In this document: one piece after another, positions 1 through 10,119 of the stretch
Numbering within the stretch: position 1 is the first letter of the stretch
Layout of the letters: each line of letters opens with the position of its first letter
Source: an uncultured Erysipelotrichaceae bacterium
GTDB taxonomy: Bacteria; Bacillota_I; Bacilli_A; RFN20; CAG-826
Length of the DNA: 64,000 nucleotides
Assembly (NCBI GenBank): GCA_902797855.1
Contig: CADBUI010000002.1
Location: 329 to 64,328 of the forward strand
Direction of reading: 5' to 3'
Program-made: the position numbers and the translations under genes
Notes under the pieces: generated by a model
The model's input: only the letters and a program-made list of their open reading frames with translations
Database searches by the model: none
What the model was told of the DNA's origin: nothing

Positions 1-87
1 CAGAAAGGTCTTATTGAAAAGATTAAAGAAGGCGAAAAAGAAGATATTTCTAAAATGTCTACTTATAATCCAAATGAAGATTGGTAG
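1..87 (+). CDS. 3' end of a gene entering the window (unknown product)
   Basis: Frame 1 is open from base 1 (QKGLIEKIKEGEKEDISKMSTYNPNEDW) to TAG at 85-87 and is followed by a hairpin plus T-tract at 140-165. Confidence 0.6.
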   Translation, partial: QKGLIEKIKEGEKEDISKMSTYNPNEDW

Positions 88-139
88 TTATGTGGATTAT
101 TAAATTTACTAAAAACCCTTTTCGATTAATCTTCAACAT

Positions 140-165
140 AAGTCGTCATTAATGTCGACTTTTTT
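140..165 (+). terminator. Intrinsic terminator
   Basis: AAGTCG...CGACTT stem followed by a T run. Confidence 0.55.
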
Positions 166-197
166 GATATAATAACTTCAACTAGCGAGACTATCCT

Positions 198-710
198 ATG
201 ATTCTTAGTGAAGAAACAAAGAAACAACTAGAAGACATCTATCAATCGTTTTTGCATGATGAAAAAATTATTAGAATGAAAAAGATTTCTATGCATCGTG
301 GTTCAAACTGTTTTATTCATTCTTTTAAAGTTGCAAAACTAGCAATTAAAAGAGCTATTAGGCATAAAAGAGGGGACCTATTCACAATTTTATTAGGTTC
401 AATACTTCATGATTATTATTTATATGATTGGAGAGTTGATAAATCAAAACGTAGACATCACATGGGGAGTCACCCATACACTGCAGCGAAGAATGCGGAA
501 AAAGATTTTGGTATTCATGAACCAGTTAAAAAGGTTATTGAAAGTCATATGTGGCCTGTTAATGTTAGGAATTTTCCAAAATCCAAGGAAGCAAGAATTA
601 TTTCTAACGCTGATAAATCTATCTATTTAAAAGAGATTGTTTGTTCAAGAAGATTTAAAGCAAAAAGACAAGACAAATATTATAAACAAATTGCGTTATT
701 ATTTGATTAA
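198..710 (+). CDS. HD-domain phosphohydrolase
   Basis: H(S) ... LHDYY ... HP ... HMWP ... ADK motif series of small HD proteins. Confidence 0.85.
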   Translation: MILSEETKKQLEDIYQSFLHDEKIIRMKKISMHRGSNCFIHSFKVAKLAIKRAIRHKRGDLFTILLGSILHDYYLYDWRVDKSKRRHHMGSHPYTAAKNAEKDFGIHEPVKKVIESHMWPVNVRNFPKSKEARIISNADKSIYLKEIVCSRRFKAKRQDKYYKQIALLFD

Positions 711-808
711 TACGAAGGAAATATTTCGCTGCAATCGAAATAATTTTTATGAATATTTTATTTAATAAATAATCTCTGTGATTATAATTAAATCAAGAGG
801 AAAACGAT

Positions 809-1846
809 ATGAAAAAATCCGCGATTATATTTATTATTCCAACTTTATTAATGAGTGGCTGTTCAAATACAGATATCAGACATTTCAAACTTTGGAATGA
901 ATGTGAATCTTTAACGTCACTTTGTGAATACGTAAAAGATGTCACTAATAAGAATTCTCCAAACTTTATCCCGGTTGAGGATAGAATTGCTACATTCGAT
1001 ATGGATGGAACATTTATCGGAGAACTTTACCCATCATATTTTGAATATAACATGCTTGAATATAGAGTCTTTGATGACCCTTCTTACAAAGATATTGCTC
1101 CAAGCGATGTTGTTGAAGTTGCTCAAATTATTAGAGATCACGCCCGAGAAGGAGCAGCCTTCCCAAGTGATATGGATATGAGACACGCTCATGCAGCAGC
1201 AAAAGCATATTCGGGAATGTCAGTTAAAGACTTTGATAACTATGTTAAAACATATGCGAGTAAAACTCCATTTGGTTTTGAAGGCATGACATACGCAACA
1301 AGTTTCTATAAACCAATGCTTGAAGTATTTACTTACTTAGAAAAGAACGATTTTACTTATTATGTTGTCTCTGGTTCTGATCGATTCATCTGTCGTGCGC
1401 TTGTTGAATCTCTTGGAATTGCTCCTAACAGAGTTATTGGAATGGATGTCGAACTTAAATCATCTAAACAAGGTGATGAAGATGGCGTGAAATATACGAT
1501 GGGAAAAGATGAAGATTTAATTAGAACAGATAACCTTCTCATCAAAAATTTAAAGACTAATAAAGTTAAACAAATTGAGCAAGAAATTGGTAAAACTCCA
1601 GTTCTTTCCTTTGGAAATAGTAGTGGCGATTGCGCGATGCATAACTTCACCATGGGAAACACCAAATATCGCAGTGATGCATATATGCTTATTGCCGATG
1701 ATGATGTTAGGGATCACGCCAATTTAGTGGAAACCGCTAAAAGAGAAGCTTTATGGAAAGAAGTTAATTATCACATCATTTCTATGAAAAATGATTTTAA
1801 AACAATATATGGAGATGGAGTTAAAAAAGTCGACTTCGTATACTAA
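809..1846 (+). CDS. HAD-superfamily hydrolase lipoprotein (probable surface phosphatase)
   Basis: Lipobox LMSGC; HAD motifs FDMDGT, VVSGS, K, FGNSSGD; SD AAGAGG. Confidence 0.85.
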   Translation: MKKSAIIFIIPTLLMSGCSNTDIRHFKLWNECESLTSLCEYVKDVTNKNSPNFIPVEDRIATFDMDGTFIGELYPSYFEYNMLEYRVFDDPSYKDIAPSDVVEVAQIIRDHAREGAAFPSDMDMRHAHAAAKAYSGMSVKDFDNYVKTYASKTPFGFEGMTYATSFYKPMLEVFTYLEKNDFTYYVVSGSDRFICRALVESLGIAPNRVIGMDVELKSSKQGDEDGVKYTMGKDEDLIRTDNLLIKNLKTNKVKQIEQEIGKTPVLSFGNSSGDCAMHNFTMGNTKYRSDAYMLIADDDVRDHANLVETAKREALWKEVNYHIISMKNDFKTIYGDGVKKVDFVY

Positions 1847-1942
1847 AACAAACTGAAGTTTGATTATCTAGAAAATAGGAAAGAAAAATCCTGTTTTTTA
1901 GTATCAAATGTTTTTTGATATAATAAAAACATAATCATCACT

Positions 1943-2614
1943 ATGAACGACTTAACTAAAAAAATAATTAGAATCTTAATCCTAACTGCATTAGTTGTGG
2001 TGGGTTTGTTAGGCATTATTTTTACAGCACTTTCCACTGATTTTATGGGCGGAAGTTCTGTATTCTTATTTTTCACTGTTCAAAGTAATATATTTATTAT
2101 TTTGATGGCCTTAGTGACCTTATGTAATGAAGTGTATTCGTTGATATTCAAAAAGTCATTCATGAATCAAATAATTTTATATGTTAAGTTTGTCGCAACA
2201 ATTGCTATTACGATTACGTTTATTGTTTTCTTCACAATGCTTGCGCCACTTCTTGGCCCAGATTATCTTTTATCATTTAACAATTTCTCTTTGCATGCAA
2301 TTGTTCCAATTTTAGCCATAGTGGATTTCTTCTTATTTGATACTGATATCAACTTAACTTATCCAAGATCATCTATGGGTGCGATTGCACCATTATGTTA
2401 TGTGATATTTGTCTATATAGGAGTGCCACTAAATTTCCAATATGCAGAAAACACAAAATTCCCATATTTCTTCTTAGATTATGAGACAAATGGTTTCTTA
2501 TTTGAAAAAGGATTTGGAATTATTATGTGGATACTTGTGTTAATTATTGGAATATCAGGACTATGTGTCTTATTCTGTTTCCTTATGAAACTTAGACAAA
2601 AGAAAGCTAAATAA
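1943..2614 (+). CDS. Integral membrane protein (Pr6Pr-like)
   Basis: About 6 hydrophobic helices; FFTVQSN, LHAIVP and FPYFFLD motifs. Confidence 0.65.
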   Translation: MNDLTKKIIRILILTALVVVGLLGIIFTALSTDFMGGSSVFLFFTVQSNIFIILMALVTLCNEVYSLIFKKSFMNQIILYVKFVATIAITITFIVFFTMLAPLLGPDYLLSFNNFSLHAIVPILAIVDFFLFDTDINLTYPRSSMGAIAPLCYVIFVYIGVPLNFQYAENTKFPYFFLDYETNGFLFEKGFGIIMWILVLIIGISGLCVLFCFLMKLRQKKAK

Positions 2615-2618
2615 AAAT

Positions 2619-3635
2619 ATGAAAGTACTACTTTATTTTGAAGGAATTGAAAAAATCAAAAAAAGCGGAATTGGTAGAGCCATGCGTCACCAAATGTATG
2701 CTTTAAAATCTGCAGGTGTTGATTTCACAATTGACCCAAAAGATTCTTATGATATGGTGCATATCAATACACTTTTTTCAAAATCCAAAAAGATTCTTAA
2801 AAAAGCAAATAAAAAAGGAATACCTGCTATCGTTCATGGTCATTCAACGTATGAAGATTTCCGCGATAGCTTTAGACTTTGGAAAGTCGCAAAACTTTGG
2901 TTCTATCCTCAACTAACATACATGTATAAACATGCAGGAATGATTATCACTCCTACTCCATATTCTGAAAGATTAATTAAGTCATATCACTTATGTGATA
3001 ATGTCACTAATGTCACAAACGGAATTAATCTTGATGATTATAAAGACGATCCAAAGAAAGTTGAAGACTTTAAAAATCATTTCGGAATCACAAATCAGAA
3101 AGTTGTGATTGGAATCGGCTTCCCATTCCAAAGAAAAGGCATTCATGATTTTATTGAAGTAGCAAGAATGAATCCAGACATCACATTTATTTGGTTTGGC
3201 TATCTCCAAAGAGCGTTAACATCATTAAAGATGCTAAAAGCAATGAAACATAAACCTGATAATGTCATTCTTCCAGGATATATTGATAACTCAATTATCA
3301 AAGGCGCGATGCAATATGCTTCTTGTTTATTCTTCCCTTCATATGAAGAAACGGAAGGTATTGTCGTTTTAGAAGCTCTCGCCTCACATTGCCCAGTTCT
3401 TGTTAGAAGAATTGGAGTTTATGATGAGTGGTTAGTGGAAAACGAAAACTGTCTTATGGGCGCATCTAACGAAGAATTTAACGATAAACTTCATAAACTT
3501 ATGAGTATGGATACATCTAAGATGGTTGAAAGTGGCTATAAAGTTGTGGAACAAAGAACGCTTGAAATCGTTGGAAAGAAACTAAAAAATATCTACGAAG
3601 ACTTTTATTCAAAAGCCAAAAAAGTTTCCAATTAG
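2619..3635 (+). CDS. GT4 glycosyltransferase, CpoA-like glycolipid synthase
   Basis: MKVLLYFEG...KSGIGRA N-terminus, HGHSTYEDF, and EETEGIVVLEALA (Ex7E). Confidence 0.85.
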   Translation: MKVLLYFEGIEKIKKSGIGRAMRHQMYALKSAGVDFTIDPKDSYDMVHINTLFSKSKKILKKANKKGIPAIVHGHSTYEDFRDSFRLWKVAKLWFYPQLTYMYKHAGMIITPTPYSERLIKSYHLCDNVTNVTNGINLDDYKDDPKKVEDFKNHFGITNQKVVIGIGFPFQRKGIHDFIEVARMNPDITFIWFGYLQRALTSLKMLKAMKHKPDNVILPGYIDNSIIKGAMQYASCLFFPSYEETEGIVVLEALASHCPVLVRRIGVYDEWLVENENCLMGASNEEFNDKLHKLMSMDTSKMVESGYKVVEQRTLEIVGKKLKNIYEDFYSKAKKVSN

Positions 3636-3655
3636 TCATCACTAAATCAAGATTT

Positions 3656-3679
3656 GGTCCTTATTATGGGACCTTTTTT
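3656..3679 (+). terminator. Intrinsic terminator
   Basis: GGTCCT-loop-GGGACC followed by TTTTTT. Confidence 0.65.
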
Positions 3680-3777
3680 GATAATTTTAGTTAAATGTCA
3701 AAATTCCTTATTTCTTTTATTGAAAGTGAAGGGTTAGAAATGTATATTATTTATCGGATAAACTAGGTAAAAAAGAA

Positions 3778-4791
3778 ATGTGGAAGTGCGGTATTTGTGG
3801 TGAATGGAATTCCGAGATGGATGTCGCCTGTGTTAAGTGCGATTCCGCAAGAGGTGCAACTATTCCTGCTCATCAAACACCAAAACCTACTACTGTTTCT
3901 CCAATTGATCCAATTGAACATAAGGTTGAACCTACTCCAGTTATTAACGCTGCACCTATTCAACAACCTCAAAAAGTTGAATCTCAGGTTAGCGTAGCTA
4001 TTAAATCTGTATTTAACGATAAGACCAAAACTCTTGGTACATCCTTATTATTCCTTTTTATCGCAAGTATTTTCTATGTGATTTTTAAAGTTGGTGTTCT
4101 CACTAGTGATACATCAAACATTCTTGCGATGGTGAGTTTTGGAGTAACCGCTCTTAGTTCACTTTTATTTTTAATTCTCTCAATCTTCGCCTTTGCAGGT
4201 AAAAACAAAGGTGTTTTAACAGTTTCGTTATTTATTTTGGTAGCTTGCTACGCAGTTGATAGTGTGACGAACTTCGTTAAAAACCAAAGTGAATTCGCTA
4301 ACGTTGGAGCGCTTGTTTTTTCAGGTGTCATCTTCGTAATGGGAATTGTTATTGCAATTACTTTAAGTTTAAAGAAAATCTCAGTGTCCAAAATTATTCT
4401 AATAATCTTCTCAGTCCTTATTATTATTTTTGAAATCTTCTTACTCATTTCCTCTATTACAGATATTGGAAGTATCAATGCACTTATAAGTGAAGATGGA
4501 AAAATTGAAATTAGTAAGATGTTTTTAATCTTCTATCACGCGATTCAATTAATCGCTTTACTTATTTTCTTAATCTTCTCCGTTTCATCTAAAGAGTCTG
4601 TTGCTTCTTTAGAAACTCTTGATCCAGAAGCTAAAAAACTTCTTGATGAAAAAGCTCAAAAAGAAAAGAAAGATAATGAACAACTTGATAATGTTGAGAT
4701 GCTTAAAAAGATTCATGAATTATACGAAAATGGTGTTATTTCTCGTAAAGAATACGAGAAGAAACACATGAAATACTATAAGAAACTCTAA
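3778..4791 (+). CDS. Membrane protein with N-terminal RanBP2-type zinc finger and C-terminal SHOCT-like domain
   Basis: WxCx2Cx3Nx6Cx2C; Pro/Thr linker; about 6 TM; LKKIHELYENGVISRKEYEKK tail. Confidence 0.75.
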   Translation: MWKCGICGEWNSEMDVACVKCDSARGATIPAHQTPKPTTVSPIDPIEHKVEPTPVINAAPIQQPQKVESQVSVAIKSVFNDKTKTLGTSLLFLFIASIFYVIFKVGVLTSDTSNILAMVSFGVTALSSLLFLILSIFAFAGKNKGVLTVSLFILVACYAVDSVTNFVKNQSEFANVGALVFSGVIFVMGIVIAITLSLKKISVSKIILIIFSVLIIIFEIFLLISSITDIGSINALISEDGKIEISKMFLIFYHAIQLIALLIFLIFSVSSKESVASLETLDPEAKKLLDEKAQKEKKDNEQLDNVEMLKKIHELYENGVISRKEYEKKHMKYYKKL

Positions 4792-4810
4792 TTTATAGTG
4801 TCACAAATTA

Positions 4811-4846
4811 AAGGACCGTTTACTTTGATACAAACGGTCTTTTTTT
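4811..4846 (+). terminator. Intrinsic terminator
   Basis: GGACCGTTT...AAACGGTCT followed by a T run. Confidence 0.7.
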
Positions 4847-4908
4847 ATGACTATTTAGTCCCTTAAAAATTGATATCTCTTAAAACGTAGTTTAAAATAG
4901 GGTCGTAT

Positions 4909-6045
4909 ATGGCTACTAACACTCTTGGAAAATATCTACTATACGGTGGAATTAGTAAAGAAGAATATAAGAAAACCAAACCGATGATCAATCGCCAAAA
5001 TTTAAAACTTTGGAAATATTCATCGGTCTTTTTTGAAATCTTATTTGTCGCTGTTTTCGTTGTTTCGTTAGTGCTTATAAACGTAAGTGCACCTGATAGT
5101 CAATTATCTCTTGAAGCAAGCGGATATATTGTTCCATTTGGAATTCTTTCGGTATATATGATGCTATTTGCGATTGTTATGCTCGTAGGAATTAAACCAG
5201 AATCAAAATCACTTATACCTTTGGTATATATTTCAAATATTGTCATGCTTAGCTGCGTCGGATATGCATCTATTTTCTCTTCAGGAAATGATGCTGGTGT
5301 TTCCTTCTGTGCAGTTATTGCAGCTCTTCCATTTTTCACTGTAGATAGACCACTCCGCTATAGTTTATTCACTATGACATTTGGGGTTGCTTATGTCTTA
5401 TTAAGTGCGCTTGTTAAACCAATACTTCATCCTTTGGTTGAAGTCATGAAAGACGTCTTATTTGGAAGTGTCTTTACACTTGTTTCAATATTCATTTCAT
5501 TATTTTCAAACATCACAAGAATCAAACAATATTTCTTAACCTTAACTGTTGAAGTTGAAAGAGACACTGACGCTTTAACTGGTGTTAAAAATATCAACGC
5601 CTACGATAGAGCGGTTGAAGAAATCAAAGCGAAGATTAGGAATCATGAAAACTTTAGATTTGCTATTGCAATTTTTGATATCAACGATTTAAAAGGAATG
5701 AATGATAGCTATGGTCACTCCGCTGGTGATAAACTCATCATTCGTTCATCAAAGCTCATTTGTGATGCTTTTAAGCATTCCCCAGTTTATCGTATTGGTG
5801 GAGACGAATTCGTTGTCATTCTTTCAGGTGAAGATTATTCAAATAGAGAAAGAATTATTCGCACTCTTCATGAGACTCTTGATAAAGAAAGAATTAGTGA
5901 GAAACCAGAAGAAGCAACATCGATTGCTTTTGGTGTCTCCATTTATAATTCCCTTAAAGATTTCGATTATGTCACGATTTTCTCACGCGCTGACGCTGAG
6001 ATGTATGACAATAAACGCATAATTAAGTCAAAAAGTAATCATTAA
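4909..6045 (+). CDS. Membrane-anchored diguanylate cyclase (GGDEF)
   Basis: About 5-6 N-terminal TM; DALTG, DINDLKGMNDSYGH, YRIGGDEF, RADAEMY. Confidence 0.9.
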   Translation: MATNTLGKYLLYGGISKEEYKKTKPMINRQNLKLWKYSSVFFEILFVAVFVVSLVLINVSAPDSQLSLEASGYIVPFGILSVYMMLFAIVMLVGIKPESKSLIPLVYISNIVMLSCVGYASIFSSGNDAGVSFCAVIAALPFFTVDRPLRYSLFTMTFGVAYVLLSALVKPILHPLVEVMKDVLFGSVFTLVSIFISLFSNITRIKQYFLTLTVEVERDTDALTGVKNINAYDRAVEEIKAKIRNHENFRFAIAIFDINDLKGMNDSYGHSAGDKLIIRSSKLICDAFKHSPVYRIGGDEFVVILSGEDYSNRERIIRTLHETLDKERISEKPEEATSIAFGVSIYNSLKDFDYVTIFSRADAEMYDNKRIIKSKSNH

Positions 6046-6059
6046 CTAAATAAAAATAA

Positions 6060-6093
6060 AAGAGTGCGAAAAAATCTATTTTCACTCTTTTTT
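6060..6093 (+). terminator. Intrinsic terminator after the GGDEF gene
   Basis: AAGAGTG...CACTCTT followed by a T run. Confidence 0.6.
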
Positions 6094-6126
6094 ACTTATA
6101 GCATTGTTGCTATAATTAAAGTCAAT

Positions 6127-8160
6127 ATGAATAAGCAATTAAAGAACATTGAAATCTTTACCTTCATTCTAATTGTCGTCGAAGTGCTTATTTACACTGG
6201 TTTTTCAGTCTTTTATTTTGGTGATATCATCGGTGCGAAGCAATTCTTTGAATCCAATTTAGTCGTTGTTTTCTTTGTCTTAGTTGCTTTAACTCTCATC
6301 AACATTTTAGCGACTCTTATTACAATCTATAGTTTTGCAAAAGCTAGACGTAAATCAGATTTAAAAGCTGCCGACCTTCTTGGTGATGATATTCAAGAAG
6401 CATATAACTTCGGTATGATTGGTCTAGTGATTGTTGATGAACATAATACTGTCTTATGGGTTAATGAATTATTTAGAGATCGTAAAATCGATATTCTTGA
6501 TAAAAATATCTTAGAGTGGCAACCACACTTAAATGATTTACAAGACGCTCCAACAGAAGCATCGATTAAACTTGAAATCGAAAATAGATATTATAGTGTC
6601 AAATTCCTAGATGACGCTGGACTATATATCTTTAAAGATATTACTGAACTAGAAATATCTGAACAAACTCAAAAAAGAGAAGCCGTTGTTGTTGGTTACG
6701 TTTTAATTGATAACTATTCAAATATTTCTGAAAACGCTGATGACGCTAATGACGTTATTTCTAAAGTTAGAAATGCTATTTTTGAATATTTCAAAGATAT
6801 GAATGTCGCTATCCGTCGATCTAAAGCTGATACATATTTCATGGTTTGTAATTATGAATCGCTTGAAAAGATGAAAGCTGATAAGTTTTCAATTATTGAT
6901 AAGATTCGTGAACTTGGTGAAAAAGAACCAGTTCCACCAACCTTATCAATTGGTATCGCTCATGACTTCCCAGGAATTTTAAAACTTTCTGACATGGCTA
7001 GTAGCGCGCTTGAAACATGTATGGCGCGTGGTGGTGACCAAGTTGTCGTTTCTAAATTTGGTGAAGATTTACTTTATTATGGTGGTAAAACTAGAGCAAC
7101 TGAATCTAGAAACAAAGTTAAAGTCCGTGTTGTTAGTGATACTTTAGTATCCTTAATTAAAAATAGTGGAATCGTTCTCATCATGGGTCACACTGGTACA
7201 GATATGGACGCAATTGGTGCATGCCTAGGCGTGAAGGCTATCTGTGATTTCTGTAAAGTTAAATCATGGGTTGTTTATAATCCACGTGCAACTGAAACAA
7301 AGACTCGTGGAGCGATGACTAACTCCTTTACAAGAGAAGAATTAAGTGAAATTACTCTTTCACCTGCGGAAGCAATTGAAAAAGCAAAATCCAAATCCAA
7401 TGTTCTTCTTATCGTATGTGACGTAAGCGATCCTACACGTGTTATTGAACCAAAACTTATCGATACGATTGATAAGATTGCAATTATTGACCATCACCGT
7501 AAGAGTGAAAAATATATCGATAACAACATTTTCTCCCATATTGATGTTGCCTCTTCTAGTGCTTCAGAAATTGTGACTGAATTTATTCATTATTCATTCT
7601 CTAACCCAAAAATTAAATTACCTGCAAGTTATGCGACAATTATGCTTTCTGGTATTTTCTTAGATTCGAATTATTTCAAATCTAGAAACACATCCACGAA
7701 CGCTTTTGAAGCTGCGATGGTACTTAAAGAATATGGCGCGGATAACTTTAAGGCTGATGATTTCCTTAAAGATGAATATGAAGAAGCTGCTTTAGTTAAT
7801 AAGATTTCTTCCACTATGTACTCTCCATTTTATGGAGTGGTCATCTGTAAAGCTGATGAAAACGATATTATTGAACCTGCTGCACTTTCTAAAGTCGCAA
7901 ATCAATGTATGCAAATGAAAGGCATTAATGCCGCCTTTGTTATTGGTAAATCTGATGAAAGAACTGTGAGAATCTCCTGCCGTAGTGATGGTACTATTTC
8001 AGTTCAAATTCTTGCTGAAAAACTCGGCGGTGGTGGACATCAACAAAGTGCCGCTACTGAAATTGACAACATCACAATTGATGAAGCAGAAGAAAGACTT
8101 AATGAAGTCTTAAAAGAAAATCTAAATGACGCTCGTGTGAGTGAATTCGAGGCTAAATAA
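6127..8160 (+). CDS. gdpP: c-di-AMP phosphodiesterase GdpP (TM-PAS-degenerate GGDEF-DHH/DHHA1)
   Basis: 2 TM, RGGDQVVV, MGH..DMDA, IDHHR, GGGGH; upstream of rplI-dnaB. Start moved to ATG 6127, downstream of TGnTATAAT. Confidence 0.93.
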   Translation: MNKQLKNIEIFTFILIVVEVLIYTGFSVFYFGDIIGAKQFFESNLVVVFFVLVALTLINILATLITIYSFAKARRKSDLKAADLLGDDIQEAYNFGMIGLVIVDEHNTVLWVNELFRDRKIDILDKNILEWQPHLNDLQDAPTEASIKLEIENRYYSVKFLDDAGLYIFKDITELEISEQTQKREAVVVGYVLIDNYSNISENADDANDVISKVRNAIFEYFKDMNVAIRRSKADTYFMVCNYESLEKMKADKFSIIDKIRELGEKEPVPPTLSIGIAHDFPGILKLSDMASSALETCMARGGDQVVVSKFGEDLLYYGGKTRATESRNKVKVRVVSDTLVSLIKNSGIVLIMGHTGTDMDAIGACLGVKAICDFCKVKSWVVYNPRATETKTRGAMTNSFTREELSEITLSPAEAIEKAKSKSNVLLIVCDVSDPTRVIEPKLIDTIDKIAIIDHHRKSEKYIDNNIFSHIDVASSSASEIVTEFIHYSFSNPKIKLPASYATIMLSGIFLDSNYFKSRNTSTNAFEAAMVLKEYGADNFKADDFLKDEYEEAALVNKISSTMYSPFYGVVICKADENDIIEPAALSKVANQCMQMKGINAAFVIGKSDERTVRISCRSDGTISVQILAEKLGGGGHQQSAATEIDNITIDEAEERLNEVLKENLNDARVSEFEAK

Positions 8161-8161
8161 T

Positions 8162-8611
8162 ATGAAAGTTATATTACTTCAAGACGTTAAAGGTATTGGC
8201 AAAAAAGGTGAAACTGTCGAAGTTAAAGACGGTTACGCCGCTAATTTTCTTATTCCTCGTAGACTTGCCGTTAAATTAACTGATAAATCTCTTGAAGTGC
8301 TCGATAAACAAAATAAAGATGCTGCTGAGCAAGTGAGACAAGATACGCTTAAAGCTCAAGAAGTAGCGAAGAAACTTGAATCAATTGTTTTAGAATTCGC
8401 CGCTAACACCGGTAGTGATGGAAGAATGTTTGGAACCATCTCAAATAAACAAGTTGAAGAGAAGCTTAGAAATGAATATAAGATCTCAATCGACAAACGT
8501 AAATTCATTGATAAGACTATCGTGGATAGACTTGGTTACACCAAATTAAGAATTGAGTTATATAAAGGTGTAGAAGGGGTTGTCACTGTTCATGTCGGTG
8601 AAAAGAAATAG
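8162..8611 (+). CDS. rplI: 50S ribosomal protein L9
   Basis: MKVILLQDVKGIGKKGETVEVKDGYAANFLIP. Confidence 0.98.
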   Translation: MKVILLQDVKGIGKKGETVEVKDGYAANFLIPRRLAVKLTDKSLEVLDKQNKDAAEQVRQDTLKAQEVAKKLESIVLEFAANTGSDGRMFGTISNKQVEEKLRNEYKISIDKRKFIDKTIVDRLGYTKLRIELYKGVEGVVTVHVGEKK

Positions 8612-8619
8612 GTGATATT

Positions 8620-10119
8620 ATGCCAAAAAAAGAACATGTTCCATATATTTCTTTAGAAAAGCTTCCACATAACGATGATGCTGAAAAAGCTGTCTTAGGT
8701 GCGATGCTTCGTTCAAACACCATTTTAAATGACGCCTTAGCAAGACTAGATGTCGTAGACTTCTTTGAAGGTAACGCGAATCATAGAGCGATCTATAAAG
8801 CTATGCTCGACTTATTTAAAGAAGGTAAGCCAGTTGATCCTCAAACCGTTATTAATCAACTCATTAATAACAAAGAACTAGAAGTTGCAGGAGGTGCGAA
8901 TTATCTTCTTGAACTTTCTGATTCAATTATTACATTCGCGAATATTTCAACATATATTCAAGACGTTAGAGACCAAGCAATCTTAAGAAGATTTTTATTA
9001 ACTTTAAACGAAATTCAAAATGATTATTTAGATAACGAAGTTGATAAAGATTTCCTTAACATTGCTGAAACCAAAATTAATAAAGTTACTGAACTTAGAA
9101 ATATTGGAGATTTTAGAAGTGCGGCAAGTATCGCGGAAGTTGTCCAAAAAGATTTAGACCAACTTAAAGTTTCCACGACTGACGATCAAGTTACTGGTGT
9201 TCCTACTGGATATCCTAGACTTAATCAACTCACACATGGTTGGCAAAAAGGCAACTATATTGTCTTAGCTGCTCGTACAGGTGTTGGTAAAACTGCCTTC
9301 TCTCTTAATCTTGCTCTTAATGCGGCAGTTAGAGGAGTTCCAGTTGCATATTTCTCACTTGAAATGAGCGCGGAAGATTTATTCAAACGTTTAGTTTCTG
9401 GTGATTCAAACGTTAAATATAATACCCTTTTAACAGGTTATGAACTTAATAGAGACGCTAGACTACGTTTACAACAATCTTGTCAAAGACTTGGTTCACT
9501 TAAATTCTATGTTGAAGATACTTCCGGTATTAATTTGATTGAACTAGTTTCTAAGATTAGAAAACTCAAAGCTCAAGAAGCTGATTTAAGTCTTGTCTTT
9601 GTCGACTATATTGGTTTAGTTACCACAAGCGGAAAAAGAAAAAGTGATTCTAGACAACTTGAAATCCAAGAGATTTCTACAACCTTAAAGAAGATTGCTC
9701 TTGAACTTAAGATTTCAATTGTGGCGGTTGCTCAACTTAACCGTAAGGTTGAAGAACGTGGTGGTGAACCAATGCTTAGTGACCTTCGTGAATCTGGTTC
9801 TCTTGAACAAGATGCTGATATTGTTATTTTAATGGCGGAAGCTAAAGCTGATGAAAGAAAAGCTTTCGGTAAGAAAGATGCACCTGATAATGGTGCGGCT
9901 CAAATTAACTCCATGGTTGATACAGTCGCTAAACAAGAAGGTGGAGCGAACGCTAAATTCATCAATATCATCATCGCTAAAAATAGAGCGGGTCAACAAG
10001 GTAGAGTACCTCTCTTATTTAGAAGAGACTACGTTAAATTTGATACACCAAGCACTGAGGGTGAAGAAAAACTTGCCCAAATTGAAAACGCTCGTGTTGA
10101 ATATCTAAAAGGCGAGTAA
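8620..10119 (+). CDS. dnaB: Replicative DNA helicase
   Basis: AEKAVLG, AARTGVGKT, FSLEMS, VDY, LRESGSLEQDAD, AKNR. Confidence 0.97.
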   Translation: MPKKEHVPYISLEKLPHNDDAEKAVLGAMLRSNTILNDALARLDVVDFFEGNANHRAIYKAMLDLFKEGKPVDPQTVINQLINNKELEVAGGANYLLELSDSIITFANISTYIQDVRDQAILRRFLLTLNEIQNDYLDNEVDKDFLNIAETKINKVTELRNIGDFRSAASIAEVVQKDLDQLKVSTTDDQVTGVPTGYPRLNQLTHGWQKGNYIVLAARTGVGKTAFSLNLALNAAVRGVPVAYFSLEMSAEDLFKRLVSGDSNVKYNTLLTGYELNRDARLRLQQSCQRLGSLKFYVEDTSGINLIELVSKIRKLKAQEADLSLVFVDYIGLVTTSGKRKSDSRQLEIQEISTTLKKIALELKISIVAVAQLNRKVEERGGEPMLSDLRESGSLEQDADIVILMAEAKADERKAFGKKDAPDNGAAQINSMVDTVAKQEGGANAKFINIIIAKNRAGQQGRVPLLFRRDYVKFDTPSTEGEEKLAQIENARVEYLKGE

